Shown in pieces: positions 14,127 through 26,359 of a DNA stretch of 64,000 nucleotides. A program made the position numbers and the translations under genes. Every line of letters starts with the position of its first letter. Positions within the stretch are counted from its first letter, which is position 1. The DNA comes from Squalus acanthias (taxonomy: Eukaryota). Below the pieces are notes generated by a model. The model ran no database searches, was not told the DNA's origin, and worked only from the letters and a program-made list of their open reading frames with translations. The stretch covers positions 25,174,001 through 25,238,000 of the forward strand of contig CM059433.1 of the NCBI GenBank assembly GCA_030390025.1, written 5' to 3'.

Positions 14127-14858
14127 AATATGTCCTTGCTGTTGTATTCTGTCCTCTAGATACAGAACTAAGGGTTCTTATCTTGTAATGCCATCTTTAA
14201 TGGCCTGTATGTCTGCACACCAAGGTGTCCTTACTCCACTTAAAGCCTCATCCTTTAAGCTGTATTTCCCTTTCCTATTCCTGCTTCTTTATGAATCATG
14301 AATACAGCTGGAACCCACAATAGGCCCCTGTGGAGCTCCACTAATCACATTATTCCAGACCAAGTCCTTTATCAGCACCTTTTACTTTATATTGCTAAGC
14401 CAATTTTGAATCCATTAACTAATCTGATATTAATAATATAATTTTATGAGCTGAAATCATCTTCAAATACCACAAATGCAGAAATTTATTAAATGTTTTT
14501 TGAAAATACAAGTAACTTATATCCGTGGGATAGTCGTCAGATGCTAATTTAGTCACTTCCTCAAAGAATTTCAGTAAATCAACAGCGCATAACCTATTCC
14601 TTTATTACTGTATTCATAACCATATGCTTCTAAAGTTTCCTATTAACAAGCAATTACATTATTAAAAGTTTTGTGTCTGTAATAGCATATTGAATGATAT
14701 AAGATTGTAAAATTTAAATATTAATGAACCTCCATCATAGCTGATTGGTCGCTGCTAGCTATGTGACACCACAGACCACTCAAATTATTGGAAAAGAAAA
14801 TTATCCCATTTTCAGATTCCATGATAATTTTCTCTGCTCCCCCCCCCCCCCCACCCCT

Positions 14859-15385
14859 GCCTTATCTGAGGAAGGATGTTCTTGCCATGGAGGGTGTGCA
14901 GCGAAGATTCACCAGACTGATACCTGGGATGGCAGGAATGACGTACGAGGAGAGATTGGGTCGATTGGGCTTATACTCGCTGGAGTTTAGAAGAATGAGA
15001 GGAGATCTCATTGAAACTTATAAAATTCTAACAGGGCTAGACAGACTGGATGCAGGAAGAATGTTCCCGATGGCAGGGGAGTCCAGAACAAGAGGTCACA
15101 GTCTAAAGATAAGGGGTAAGCCATTTAGGAAAGAGATGAGGAATTTCTTCACCCAGAGAGTGGTGAACCTGTGGAATTCTCTACCACAGAAGGCAGTTGA
15201 GGCCAAGTCAGTAAATATATTCAAGAAGGAGTTAGATATATTTCTTAAGGCTAAAGGTATCAAGGGATATGGGGAGAAGGCAGGGACAGGGTACTGAGCT
15301 TGGATGATCTCATCGAATGGTGGAGCAGGCTCGAGGGGCGGAATGGCCTACTCCTGCTCCTATCTTCTATGTTTCTACGTTTCTA
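14859..15385 (+). mobile_element. CR1 3' fragment
   Basis: PYLRKDVLAMEGVQRRFTRLIPG..LEFRRMRGDLIETYKIL..RVVNLWNSLP; 3'UTR and (TTCTAT) tail. Confidence 0.95.
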
Positions 15386-15751
15386 TCTATTAATCCTGTC
15401 TATTGGCATTTTACTCACTCTTTCCAGCCTCTGCTTACCCTTGGGCTCACTCTTGGGCTTTGACCCTGCGTGAGCCAATAGGAGAAGTAGTGAAAAATGA
15501 ACCATACAGTGTTCATATTGGTGTTCAACCCATGTGGTGACACTGCAGAATAGGGAGCAGTAAAGCATGGCATTCTTCTCCATTAATCAGAACAAACCCA
15601 CTTGGGATTACTCCTTACAGTGGGAAAATCTAGAGATAAAAGGAGCTCACAAATGTAAATAACTTAAACTAGCAACACAGGATTAAGCTTTAATTGGATT
15701 CTGGTGTCTTCTCCCCTATGTAATTAAAGTCTCCAAAGAGAAAATCAATCT

Positions 15752-15835
15752 TAATAAATAGCAAAATACTACAGACGCTGGAAATCTGAAACAAAAACAG
15801 AACATGCAGGAAACACTCAGCAAGTTGGTCAGCAT
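15752..15835 (-). mobile_element. Penelope family A pLTR fragment
   Basis: AGCAAAATACT..GCTGGAAATCTGAAACAAAAACAG..CTCAGCA matches 25305-25372 inverted. Confidence 0.7.
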
Positions 15836-15879
15836 TTATTGGACCACTGCCTCCTACCCTTGACACGCAAGACACATCC

Positions 15880-16930
15880 TGGGTTAAAATGAATAAGCCC
15901 CGAAAATGGGCGTGGTTAACGCGGTGCACCATTAACCCTCGCCCGGTCATTGCACTGCAGGCAGGGCGTTAAATTCGTACTGCTTGCTGATATCCATGAT
16001 TGCTGCTGCAGCCAGCATTACCCACATTGGTCATTGGCTGCACGCATCAGCAGGGGGCCCGATATCATGGGTGGCTAGCGCTACTTAAAGGTAGTCTGCA
16101 CCTATTAAAGGATAGGTGCATTGTGGCTGCTGGAAGTGGTGTTAAAAAGTGAATTGATTTTGAAGAATTTTTGTCAGGGTGGCTCAACCTGTGAGAGAGC
16201 ATGTGATGATGCGCTGGCGGCCTTGATGCAGGAGGTGGAGCAAAAGAGGGACATCCTGTAACCGCAGGGGGGCAGGAGCCTCTCCAGACATATGCTCAGG
16301 GGACAGTGGGAGGAAGTAGCGGCAGAGGTCAATGCCAAGAGTATAGCTCCAAGAACATGGATGCAGTGAAGAAAGAAAGAAAGAAAGACTTACATTTATA
16401 TAGCACCTTTCACAACCACCGGACGTCTCAAAGCGCTTTACAGCCAATGAAATACTTTATTGGAGTGTAGTCGCTGTTGTAATGTTGTAAAGAAGTTTAA
16501 TGATCTGACACGAGTTTTCAAGGTGAGTGAGTTCAATCTTCAAATGGCATATCCTACCAACTGCACCACTAGCCTCATCCACTGCTCAGTTCACGACAAC
16601 CCCATCACCCACCTACCAACAAACAATCAGTATTCAACTGTTCAATTCATATGTTTTACCTCACACTCGCACACTTAGCACTGTTGCAAGCCTCGCACCC
16701 ACAACTCACAGCTCACACACGCTGGTAGCTATTCAACCATGACAGCTACATCCCTCAAACATATTGCAGGATACTCACTGACACACTTCCCTTTTTCTTG
16801 CAGCAGAAGGTGGCGCATAACAGGAGGTAGCAGGTAAGAACTGGAGGAGGACAAGCGAACCTGCTGCAGTAGAATCAGATGAGGACTTCGATGGGCCAGG
16901 CTACAGAATAAGGTTGATGGGTGTACAGGG
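15880..16930 (+). mobile_element. Harbinger fragment with Myb/SANT gene remnant (DeuSINE tail inserted at about 16368-16487)
   Basis: ALMQEVEQKRDIL..QWEEVAAEVNA..RTWMQ / KKFNDLTR, then a GT donor at about 16523 and second exon QKVAHN; homologous to 32630-33910. Confidence 0.75.
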
Positions 16931-17095
16931 CACCACCTGCAGGTGGCAGCAGCGAGGCAAGTCCACCCAAAGCCACCTGCTAAAACTAAATGATCTCCCG
17001 TGGCATGGACCCCTTGAAATCTTCATGCTCGGGGGCCGAGGATCCCCGGTTGAGAACCCCTGTTCTAGATGGTTGGGTTCGGGCCGCACTCCAGA

Positions 17096-17387
17096 CAGTT
17101 CTGGCAAACAGAGTAATGACGCTGAATACTGGGTTTGACGTCCAGCGGGTTACTTGCATCTGATGGGTGCAGGTGTGCCCCCCTTCCCCATCTTAAAGGG
17201 TATGTAGGGCGCTTTACCCTTAGTTGCAGTCCACCAGTAGAAGGTACTCCAAAGATAAAAATGGTGAGGAAGACAACGGGAAACCACCTCAGCTACTCTT
17301 CCCTAGTAAATGGCTCAAGAATCTCGTGAGACTTGAGTTGGCGCCTGCCCATGGATCACAATAGACAGACGGATTGCTGAGTTAAAT
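17096..17387 (+). repeat. About 290-bp dispersed repeat, copy 1 (possibly RTE-related)
   Basis: Near-identical to 26064-26355; GGAAACCACCTCAGCTACTCTTCCCTAG loosely resembles RTE/BovA 5' motifs. Confidence 0.6.
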
Positions 17388-17640
17388 ATGATGTGGAGAT
17401 GCCGGCGTTGGACTGGGGTGGACAAAAATCAGAAGTCGCACAACACCAGGTTATAGTCCAACAGATTTATTTAATTTTACAAGCTTTCGGAGCTGTTCGC
17501 TTCTTCTTCAGGTAAGGTAGCTGTGAGAGAATCTCCCAGAATTCACAATATAAACACAGAAAAAATCTATTCAAATCTTTCCCTACATCAAAGACACACT
17601 AAGAGCACAGCCAAGACAATGAGATGTGTCCCAGGGGGTT
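17388..17640 (-). mobile_element. Penelope family B pLTR fragment (diverged)
   Basis: Similar to 51030-51135 and 47930-48220; hammerhead core CTGAAGA..GAAAGCTT on the minus strand at about 17480-17513. Confidence 0.85.
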
Positions 17641-18954
17641 AAATATAGCAGTGTAATTTTAGTGTAACTCAGAACATCAATTTATCCAATGATTTACTTT
17701 AGTTAATGCCATTTTCTGCGATTTTTAATGTCTTACGTCAACATTGCTGTTCATCACTATCAACTTTTCATATTGCTTTTATTTAGCATTGATGGATTTT
17801 TCAATTTGTGAGATGTATTCATTATCAACAACATAAATGTTTCTGAGATTTTACTGATATATTCTATAACTGCTCCATTTTGAATGGACACTTAAGGAAA
17901 GTTCTCAAATGCAACAACTTTATGAAGAAATAATTTATATACTTGAACCAGTGCAAGACAACCCATTTATTTGTCCTCCAGTTTTCTCTCTGATTTTTTT
18001 TCTCCTTACTTGCTGAAGATGGCAACTCACTGCTAACGATCCACAGCGCTCAGCAGCTCCTCAATACTGTGTCCAAGTGGCTGCCCCTGATGTGCAAAGC
18101 TGAACAGTAAATGCTGGTGGGGCTTTTTAACCATGTGGACCATGACAGCAGATTCTGATCTCATTACGTCTCCTGACATGTAGACTTCTATCAGGAGGTC
18201 AAAGGGTAACAATCAGAAGTGGGAAGTGAGCTTGGCTACACTATCCCAAGCATGGGGGGGGAGCTTAGGACAGCTGTAATACCTTCCTCCCTGTCAGCCT
18301 ACCCTTTGGTCCCTGACTAACATTGACGATTTCAGCCCGACCAGGAATGGGACTGGGGCCCTTGCTGGTCTATGTGGCTCAATTGCCACACTATAAATGT
18401 ACTTGCCCACTAAGTCATTAAGGGAATGGCAAGCTACCATTTACATGAACGTGTTAGTGTGTAGGAGGACCCGGAGAGTAGAAAAGCACCAAGCAATTGG
18501 AAGTTCTAGAAAAACTGCAAGAGCTGTAAACAGGAGCGTCAAGATGTACTATTGTACAAGCTGTAGCAATGGATAGTCAATAATAAAAAGGTAAAGAAGT
18601 GATTAAGAGATAAGGTTTAGTCATGTAAAAGTAACATGGCAATAAATCATTTTTGCTTTATATGTCATTTAAATGTAAAAGTAATTAATTTTGCTACTTT
18701 TCTCTCTAAATTAAAAAGTACAAAATATCAGTAATAAATAACTTGGCTTGATTTAAATATGGTGAAATAAAGTTAAAATTAAGCTCCCTATAATATGTGG
18801 TAAAAAGTTGCTTCCTTTTGAGAGAGAAAGGTGACAGACAAAGACATGCTGGGACAAGGCAACAATATAGACCAGCTGTAGACATCACCCCAGCATTCTG
18901 CTGAGATTGTTTAGCTACTGTACATGCTCAAGGTCAGTAACAAGTGAGATCAAT

Positions 18955-19473
18955 GGGATCGATTTTCTAATGGACGGAGTGAGCCCACTGCCCGCCTGAA
19001 TGGAGCGGTTGGAGACCTGCACCGTTTTCATCGTCGGGCCCTCCCGAGCATTCTGTCCGGAGCTGCTCACGCTTTTGAAGCAGCTCGCTGATCAGAAGGG
19101 GCAGGAAATAGGGCGGCTCCACCACAGAGCACAACCGTTAAAGGGAGGGGGGGGGAGGCGATCTCCGGAGCAGCTTGCAACTGTCCCTTTAAGAATTGCT
19201 GCATAAGCCACTTAATGACAAGTACCAATGGGTGGAGTGTGTGTGGTGCACGGACCACCTATTTGTACTAGAAAATTGCATCTTATTAATATCACAGCAC
19301 CCCGATTTGCATGGATAATTAGGCGCCCACCTGTTTCTACTGGGCACCTGTTCTGCCCATTTCAAGGCCCCAACAAAATGGTGGAGACTTGGACATCGGC
19401 AGCAAGCCCTGCACTGACATTTTGATCACCATATTGGCCTGTTCATGCCCGGTACAGGTTGAAAATCAGCCCC
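18955..19473. mobile_element. Harbinger-type MITE
   Basis: Imperfect TIRs GGGATCGATTTTC / GAAAATCAGCCCC bounding a GC-rich block. Confidence 0.6.
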
Positions 19474-20644
19474 ATTCTCCCTTGATAAATCTTGAAAACA
19501 GAAATAAATTATAGAATTACCTTTATTAAATCATCTACAGCAAGATTAAACTCCACAGCAACAAATCTGTGCAGGCTTTCCACTTAATCCACCTAGTTCA
19601 ATATAACATAAATTTCAGACTAATTTAACTGAGCAAATTCAACTACAAGTAACAACAAATGAGAACTTACTGTTTCTTTAATTAAGTGCTCTGGGGTGAG
19701 AAGTTCAGCCTCGTTTCTCCCGTGTTTTGGTGAAAAAGTTAAGGTTGGAGGGATGGATTTCGGGTCCTGACTGCTGGTGGAAGTGCGCCAGCTGCCAAAT
19801 TGGAGGGTGCCCGCTTGAAACAGGCGGCAGTTGCCTTTAATATGTTAGTCGGGGTCCTAATACCAGTTTTCGAATCCCAATGCTAAAGTGTTGAGGAAAT
19901 GGGCGGAGTCTGCATGACACATACCCCACCCGGTAGTTTCAGGCCTTCAGCAGCCTAACCCGCTCACAAAAATGGTAAGCAAACTTTTTATTTGGTTTCA
20001 TTGGTGCCTCCCCTGTCCCAGAACCTACCGGCAGGCTGGCTCGCGTTGGCGCCGGTTGAAATTCCTCAGGCCCAAGCTGCACCCGGATGCCCGATTGGCA
20101 TCCGCAACCCATCGGTTTAATTCACGTGAGGCCGACGCTGAATTTAGCTCAAGTCTCTTGCCGACGTCTTCAGTGCGCATTCGAATCGGCCGTCCATTTC
20201 GCGTCGGAAGCGGCACCAGTCGAATTTCTCCCCAATGTCGTGACACTGCGTCATGATGAGGCCGTGCGCACTGAATCCAGGTCAGCTCTTTCACTGGAGT
20301 TTTGGAAATCAGCAGCAATCAGGAAACGCCAGTAAAAAAAAACACGTGTCTTCCTGGCAGCCAGCTTCAGCAAATCTGGTAAGTTTATTTTGGGGTTGAT
20401 GCCGGCTGCGCAAGACTTGCATGTCAGCAGGCTGGTGGGATTAGCTCAATGTAAAAGCAGCTTATAAAACGGTCTCCAGTGAAACTAAACGCTGTGCCAG
20501 TCTGTGTGCATTTGCATCTGAAATGACATAATTTACTTTCACTGTTTTACTAAATACTTACAGGAAAGTTAAGTAATACTTTTGCTAATACTGCATTTTA
20601 ACGAAAATAATACAAGCTTAAAGTAATACAAGGTCAAACTTACT

Positions 20645-21943
20645 GGCCCAGATTTTGCGATGGTAATGACGGTGAAACCTGGAGTACTGTGTGCAGTTTT
20701 GGTCTCCTTACCGAAGAAAGGATATACTTGCCATAGCGGGAGTACAGCGAAGGTTCACCAGACTGATTCCTGGGATGGCAGGACTGTCGTATGAGGAGAG
20801 ATTGGGTAGACTAGGCCTGTATTCACTAGAGTTTAGAAGAATGAGAGGGGATCTCATTGAAACGTATAAATTCAGACAGGGCTAGACAGACTGGATGCAG
20901 TGAGGATGTTTCCCCTGGCTGGGGGGATCTAGAACGAACAGTCACAGTCTCAGGATACGGGGTAGGACATTTAGGACAGAGATGAGGAGAAATTTCTTCA
21001 CTCAGAGGGTGGTGAACCTGTGGAATTCTCTACCACAGAAGGCTGTGGAGGCCAAGTCACTGAATATATTTAAGAAGGAGATAGATAGATTTCTAGACAC
21101 AAATGGCATCATGGGGTATGGGGAGAGAGCGGGAATATGGTATTGAGATAGAGGATCAGCCATGATCATATTGAATGGTGGAGCAGGCTTGAAGGGCCAA
21201 ATGGCCTACTCCTGCTCCTATTTTTCTATGTTTCTATGTCACCATTCACTGTCATTACCCCTCTGAAACTGACCGTAACTTCAGGATTTAGCGCATGGGC
21301 AGATAAACACGGAAATCCTGAAGTTGCGGTCATATCATTCCCTGCTCCACCACAGGTTGCACTGAGGAGCTCCCCAGAGCTGGCAATCAACTCAAATTGA
21401 ACTGACAAAAACTTCCCCTTTTACAATGGAATATCGCTGTTAAAAACCCTCCATATTGTTGAAAGAGATGTAACTGGGTTTTTAACGGCGTACTGACTGC
21501 TGAACAACCGTTATGGCCCTGAAAAACTAATTTTATATTTGTGGAATGTCAAATTTTTCCATTAATATGATTAAGAATTACAAAGTTTTCATATAATTCT
21601 TTTTTTTAAAGGTTATTTATGATATTTCAGCTACTACCTTAATCCTATGTGTATGTCCCAATCTTTATTTTTCTCTCTGTAAAATTTATTAAAAGTAAAT
21701 TATAATCTGTATATTTTACTTCCTGGTTTGCTATCTGTGAGAATTCTTCAGTGTGATTGGCTGCTTAGCCAGCTTGATGACATCACTGTTGCTGGACGCT
21801 GGTGATTCGCTTGATTTCGCCCCAGACTAAGGTGCGCAGAGCTGAAATTCATGCCACAGAGATCGCTAGATCTTTGTGGGAAGCTTTCTTCCAGGTCAGC
21901 GGTGAGTGGCGTCGATTCGTTGCTGACTCCAAATTCTGGACCA
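20645..21943. mobile_element. Harbinger-type MITE split by a CR1 fragment
   Basis: Ends GGCCCAGATTTTG / CAAATTCTGGACC; interior related to 13379-14126. Confidence 0.65.
20677..21237 (+). mobile_element. CR1 3' fragment
   Basis: LEYCVQFWSP..GVQRRFTRLIPG..RGDLIETYK; CR1 3'UTR and tail. Confidence 0.95.
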
Positions 21944-22562
21944 ATGCTTCTTCTGAATGGACCAACAGTGCTTTTTTTCCAACTCATGTGATTTTTGACC
22001 AACAGAACTGCATTTTTCAAGATTATGGCTGGAATTTTCCGGGGTCCGTGCAGGTGGGTTCGGAGGCGGGTCGGGTGGCAAAGTTGGTATTTTTGGGAGC
22101 GTGTCGGGAACCCGCTGTCATCCCGCTCCCACGCGCCTTTCCCCCAGGCACGTCTGTTAGCGCGTATCCGACTCGACTGGCAGAGGCGGGCAACCCAATT
22201 TAAATTATTATTAATAAAAACAGAAAATGCTGGAAATACTCAGCAGGTCAGGCAGCATCCGTGGAGAGAGAAACAGAGTTAAGGTTTCAGGTCGATGACC
22301 CTTTGTCAGAACTGGAGAAAGTTGGAGATGTAAAAGGTTTTTACGCAAGTGTAGGGGCAGGGAAAGGGGGGAGGGGAGGAAAGAACAAAAGGGAAGGTCT
22401 GTGATAGGATGGAAGGCAGGAGAGATTAAAAGACAAAAGGGATGTTGGTGCAAGGCAAAAGAAGATGGTAATGAGACAAGTTAAGAAACAAAAGATGAGT
22501 CTAGATGAAGTGAAAATGGCAATGGCAGAATCATCAACAGCTGCCATGTGAAACAAAATAGG

Positions 22563-22765
22563 TCATGATGCGGAGATGCCGGTGTTGGACTGGGGTGGAC
22601 AAAATTGAGAGGTCGCACAACACCAGGTTATAGTCCAACAGTTTTATTTGAAATCACAAGCTTTCGGAACTATCGCTCCTTCCTCTGAGGAAGGAGCGAT
22701 AGTTCCGAAAGCTTGTGATTTCAAATAAAACTGTTGGACTATAACCTGGTGTTGTGCGACCTCTC
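22563..22765 (-). mobile_element. Penelope family B mini-element (perfect hairpin) nested in the family A arm
   Basis: 81-bp perfect inverted arms 22605-22685 / 22687-22767; TSD AAACAAAATAGG at 22551-22562 and 22766-22777. Confidence 0.92.
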
Positions 22766-23069
22766 AAACAAAATAGGGACAGAGGTTATGGTCTGAAACT
22801 GTTGAACTCGATGTTGGGTCCAGAAGGTTGTAAAGTGCCTAATCGAAAGATGAGGTGCTGTTGCTTGAGCTTACATTGAGCTTCATTGGAACAGTGTAAG
22901 AGGCCGAGGACGGAGAGGTCAGAGTGGGAGTGGAGCGGAGAATTAAAGTGACAGGCAACCGGAAGCTCGGGGTCACCCTTACGGACTGAACGGAGGTGTT
23001 CTGCAAAGCGGTCACCCAATCTGCGTTTGGTCGCTCCAATGTAGAGCAGACCGCATCGTGAGCAGCGAA

Positions 23070-24980
23070 CCGACCTCTACTTAGCAGAGGCTGAATGCCA
23101 ACTCTCCAACACCTCCTCCTACCTCCCCCTAGACCATGACCCCACTACCGAACATCAAGCCATCGTTTCCAAGACTGGCACTGAACTTATCTCCTCTGGA
23201 GAACTTCCCTCAATGGCCACCAACCTCATAGTTCCCCAACCCCGCACAGCCTGCTTCTACCTTCTTCCCAAGATCCACAAACAGCACTGGCCTGGTAGAC
23301 CCATCGATTCAGCCTGTTCTTGCCCCATGGAACGTATCTCTTCCTATCTCAACTCTATTTTTTCTCCCCTTGTCCAGTCTCTTCCCACCTACATCCGCGA
23401 CTCTTCCGACGCCCTCCGCCACTTTAACAGTTTCAGTTTCCTGGCCCCAACCGTTTCCTTTTCACTATGGCTGTCCAGTCCCTCTACACCTCCATCCCCC
23501 ACCAGGATGGCCTGAGGGTGCTCCGCTTCTTCCTTGAACAGAGGCCCAACCAGTCCCCATCCACCACCAGCCTCCTCCACCTGGCTGAACTTGTTCTCAC
23601 ATTGAACAACTTCTCCTTTGACTCCACTCACTTCCTCCAAATTAAAGATGTTGCTATGGAAAACCGCATGGGTCCTGGCTATGCCTGTCTTTTTGTGGGA
23701 TATGTGGAACATTCTTTGTTCCAGTCCTACTCAGGTCCCCTCCCTCACCTCTTTTTCCGGTACATTGATGACTGTATTGTTGCCATTTCCTGCTCTCGCC
23801 CTGAACTAGAAAATGTCATTCCCTTTGCTTTCAATTTCCACCCTTCCCTCATCTTCACATGGTTCATCTCTGACTCTTCCCTTCCCTTCCTCGACTTCTC
23901 TGTCTCCATCTCTGGGGATAGGCTATTGACAAACATTCACTACAAGCCCACTGACTCCCACAGCTACCTAGACTACACTTCCTCCCACCCCGCTTCCTGT
24001 AAGGACTCTATTCCATTCTCCCAGTTTCTCCATCTCCACCGCATCTGCTCTGACGATGCCACCTTCCATACCAGTGCTTCCGACATGCCTTCCTTTTTCC
24101 TCAACCGAGGATTCCCCTCTACCGTGGTTGACACGGCCCTTGACCGTGTCCGTTCTATTTCCCGCACTTCTGCTCTCACCCCTTCCCCTCCCTCCCGGAA
24201 CCACGATAGGGTTCCCCTTGTCCTCACCTTTCACCCCACCAGCCTCCACATTCAACAGATCATCCTCCGCCATTTCCACCACTTCCAGCGTGATCCCACC
24301 ACCAAACACATCTTCCCCTCACCTCCCCTTTCAGCATTCCAAAGGGACCGCTCCCTCCGCGACACCCTGGTCCAATCCTCTATCACCCCCAACACCCCTT
24401 TCCTTTCGCCTGGCACCTTCCTGTGCAAGCACAGGAGATGCAACACCAGCCCTTTTACCTCCTCCCTTCCCACTCTCCAGGTCCCCAAACACTCCTTCCA
24501 GGTGAAACAGCGATTTACTTGTACTTCTTGCAATTTAGTATACTGTATTCGCTGCTCACGATGCGGTCTCCTCTACATTGAAGATCTCCAGAGGAGATAA
24601 GTTCAGTGCCAGTCTTGGAAACGATGGCTCGATGTTCGGTAGTGGGGTCATGGTCTAGGGGGAGGTAGGAGGAGGTGTCGGAGAGTTGGCATTCAGCCTC
24701 TGCTAGGTAGAGGTCGGTTCGCTGCTCACGATGCGGTCTCCTCTACATTGGGGAGACTGCATCGTGGAACACCTCTGTTCAGTCCGTAAGGGTAATCACG
24801 AGCTTCCGGTCGCCTGTCACTTTAATCCTCCGCTCCACTCTCACTCTGACCTCTCGATCCTCGGCCTCTTCCACTGTTCCAATGAAGCTCCACTTAAGCT
24901 CAAGGAACAGCACCTCATCTTTTGATTAGGCACTTTACAGCCTTCTGGACTTAACATCGAGTTCAACAATATCAGACCGT
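23070..24980 (+). pseudogene. Penelope RT/GIY-YIG ORF (frameshifted, interrupted)
   Basis: ORF pieces 23213..23515, 23467..24600 and 24731..24925. Confidence 0.9.
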
Positions 24981-26063
24981 AACCTCTGCCCCTATTTTTT
25001 TTCACATGGCAGCTGTTGATCATCCTGCCATTGCCATTTACACTTCATCTAGACTCATCTTTTGTTTCTTAACTTGTCCCATTACCATCTTCTTTTGCCT
25101 TGCACCATCATCCCTTTTGTCTCTTAATCACTCCTGCCTTCCATCCTATCACAGACCTTCCCTTTTGTTCTTTCCTCTCCTCCCCCCTCTCCATGCCCCG
25201 ACACTTGCTTAAAAACCTTTTACATCTCCAACTTTTTCCAGTTCTGACGAAGGGTCATCGACCTGAAACTTTAACTCTCTTTCTCTCTCTACAGATGCTG
25301 CCTGACCTGCTGAGTATTTCCAGCATTTTCTGTTTTTATTTCAGATTTCCAGCATCTGCAGTATTTTGCTTTTGTATTAAATTATTAGTAGCTAGTTGTC
25401 AGACCCTTACGAGTGGTTTTAACCTTACCTTTTAAATTTAACTGGATGACCAGGGGAAACACCCTGCTCGGGAACCACGTCTGTCAACCTGAGGCGGGAG
25501 TTCAGTGGCCATTGCTCCAGCTGATTAGTTGACAGCATCAAATGTACTATAAAAGCTCCCACCTGACAGATGATCCCTTTCCTTAGCACAAGCTGTTTCT
25601 CACTGCATTCCCAGCACAGACTCTGCAGGCTGCAGTCTTTCCAGCAAAGTCTCCATCCAGTGTCACCTCATTGGAAGAACCTCTCTCACCATTGACAGAT
25701 TGCCGTTGATACAGTCTCACCTTGGTCCTCAGAATCTGACCATGATGAGCCCCAACACCAACAGCACCAGGCACACCAGCAGCACCAACAACAACACCAC
25801 CAACCTTCTCCGCGATCACCTGATGCTGCACAGGACAGAGGGCATCAGCACCCGAGCACATTGCTGCCGGGGAGGCCAGGGATGGCCTCATCATGTCCAG
25901 ATTTACTTCATTGACGCTGCCACATGATGTGCCAGGTTGGCATCACCCCACACCAACACCATAAAGCATCCCTGCAATGATCAAGCCATTCCTTTCACAC
26001 TCACTACCATTGTTGGAGGTACCGTTATATCTCAGCATTCACTGCAACTCAGTAAGCCACTTA

Positions 26064-26355
26064 CAGTCCTGGCAAACAGAGTAATGACGCTTACTACTAG
26101 GTTTGACGTCCAGTGGGTTATTTGCATCTGATGGGTGCAGGTGTGCCCCCTTCCCATCTTAAAGGGTATGTAGGGCTCTTTACCCTTAGTTGCAGTCCAC
26201 CAGTAGAAGGTACTCCAAAGATAAAAATGGTGAGGAAGAAAACGGGAAACAACCTCAGCTACTCTTCCCTAGTAAATGGCTCAAGAATCTCGTGAGACTT
26301 GAGTTAGCACCTGCCCAGGGATCACAATAGACAGACGGATTGCTGAGTTAAATAT
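26064..26355 (+). repeat. About 290-bp dispersed repeat, copy 2
   Basis: Near-identical to 17096-17387 (ORFs 17135 and 26113 encode almost the same peptide). Confidence 0.7.
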
Positions 26356-26359
26356 AGCT

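Larger units (their letters stand above)
22214..25376 (+). mobile_element. Penelope-like element family A, 5'-truncated with inverted 3' arm, degenerate
   Basis: RT (FYLLPKIHK, SLYTSIPH, FRYIDD) and GIY-YIG (CTS.NLVYCIRC..C.LLYI); 22214-23207 is an inverted copy of 24580-25340; TSD TTAAATTATTA(T/G)TA at 22200-22213 and 25377-25390. Confidence 0.92.

Noticed and set aside
17311..17341. HDV-like ribozyme in the 290-bp repeat
   Set aside because: A P1-like helix is present but encloses only 12 nt, too few for P2, P3 and L3
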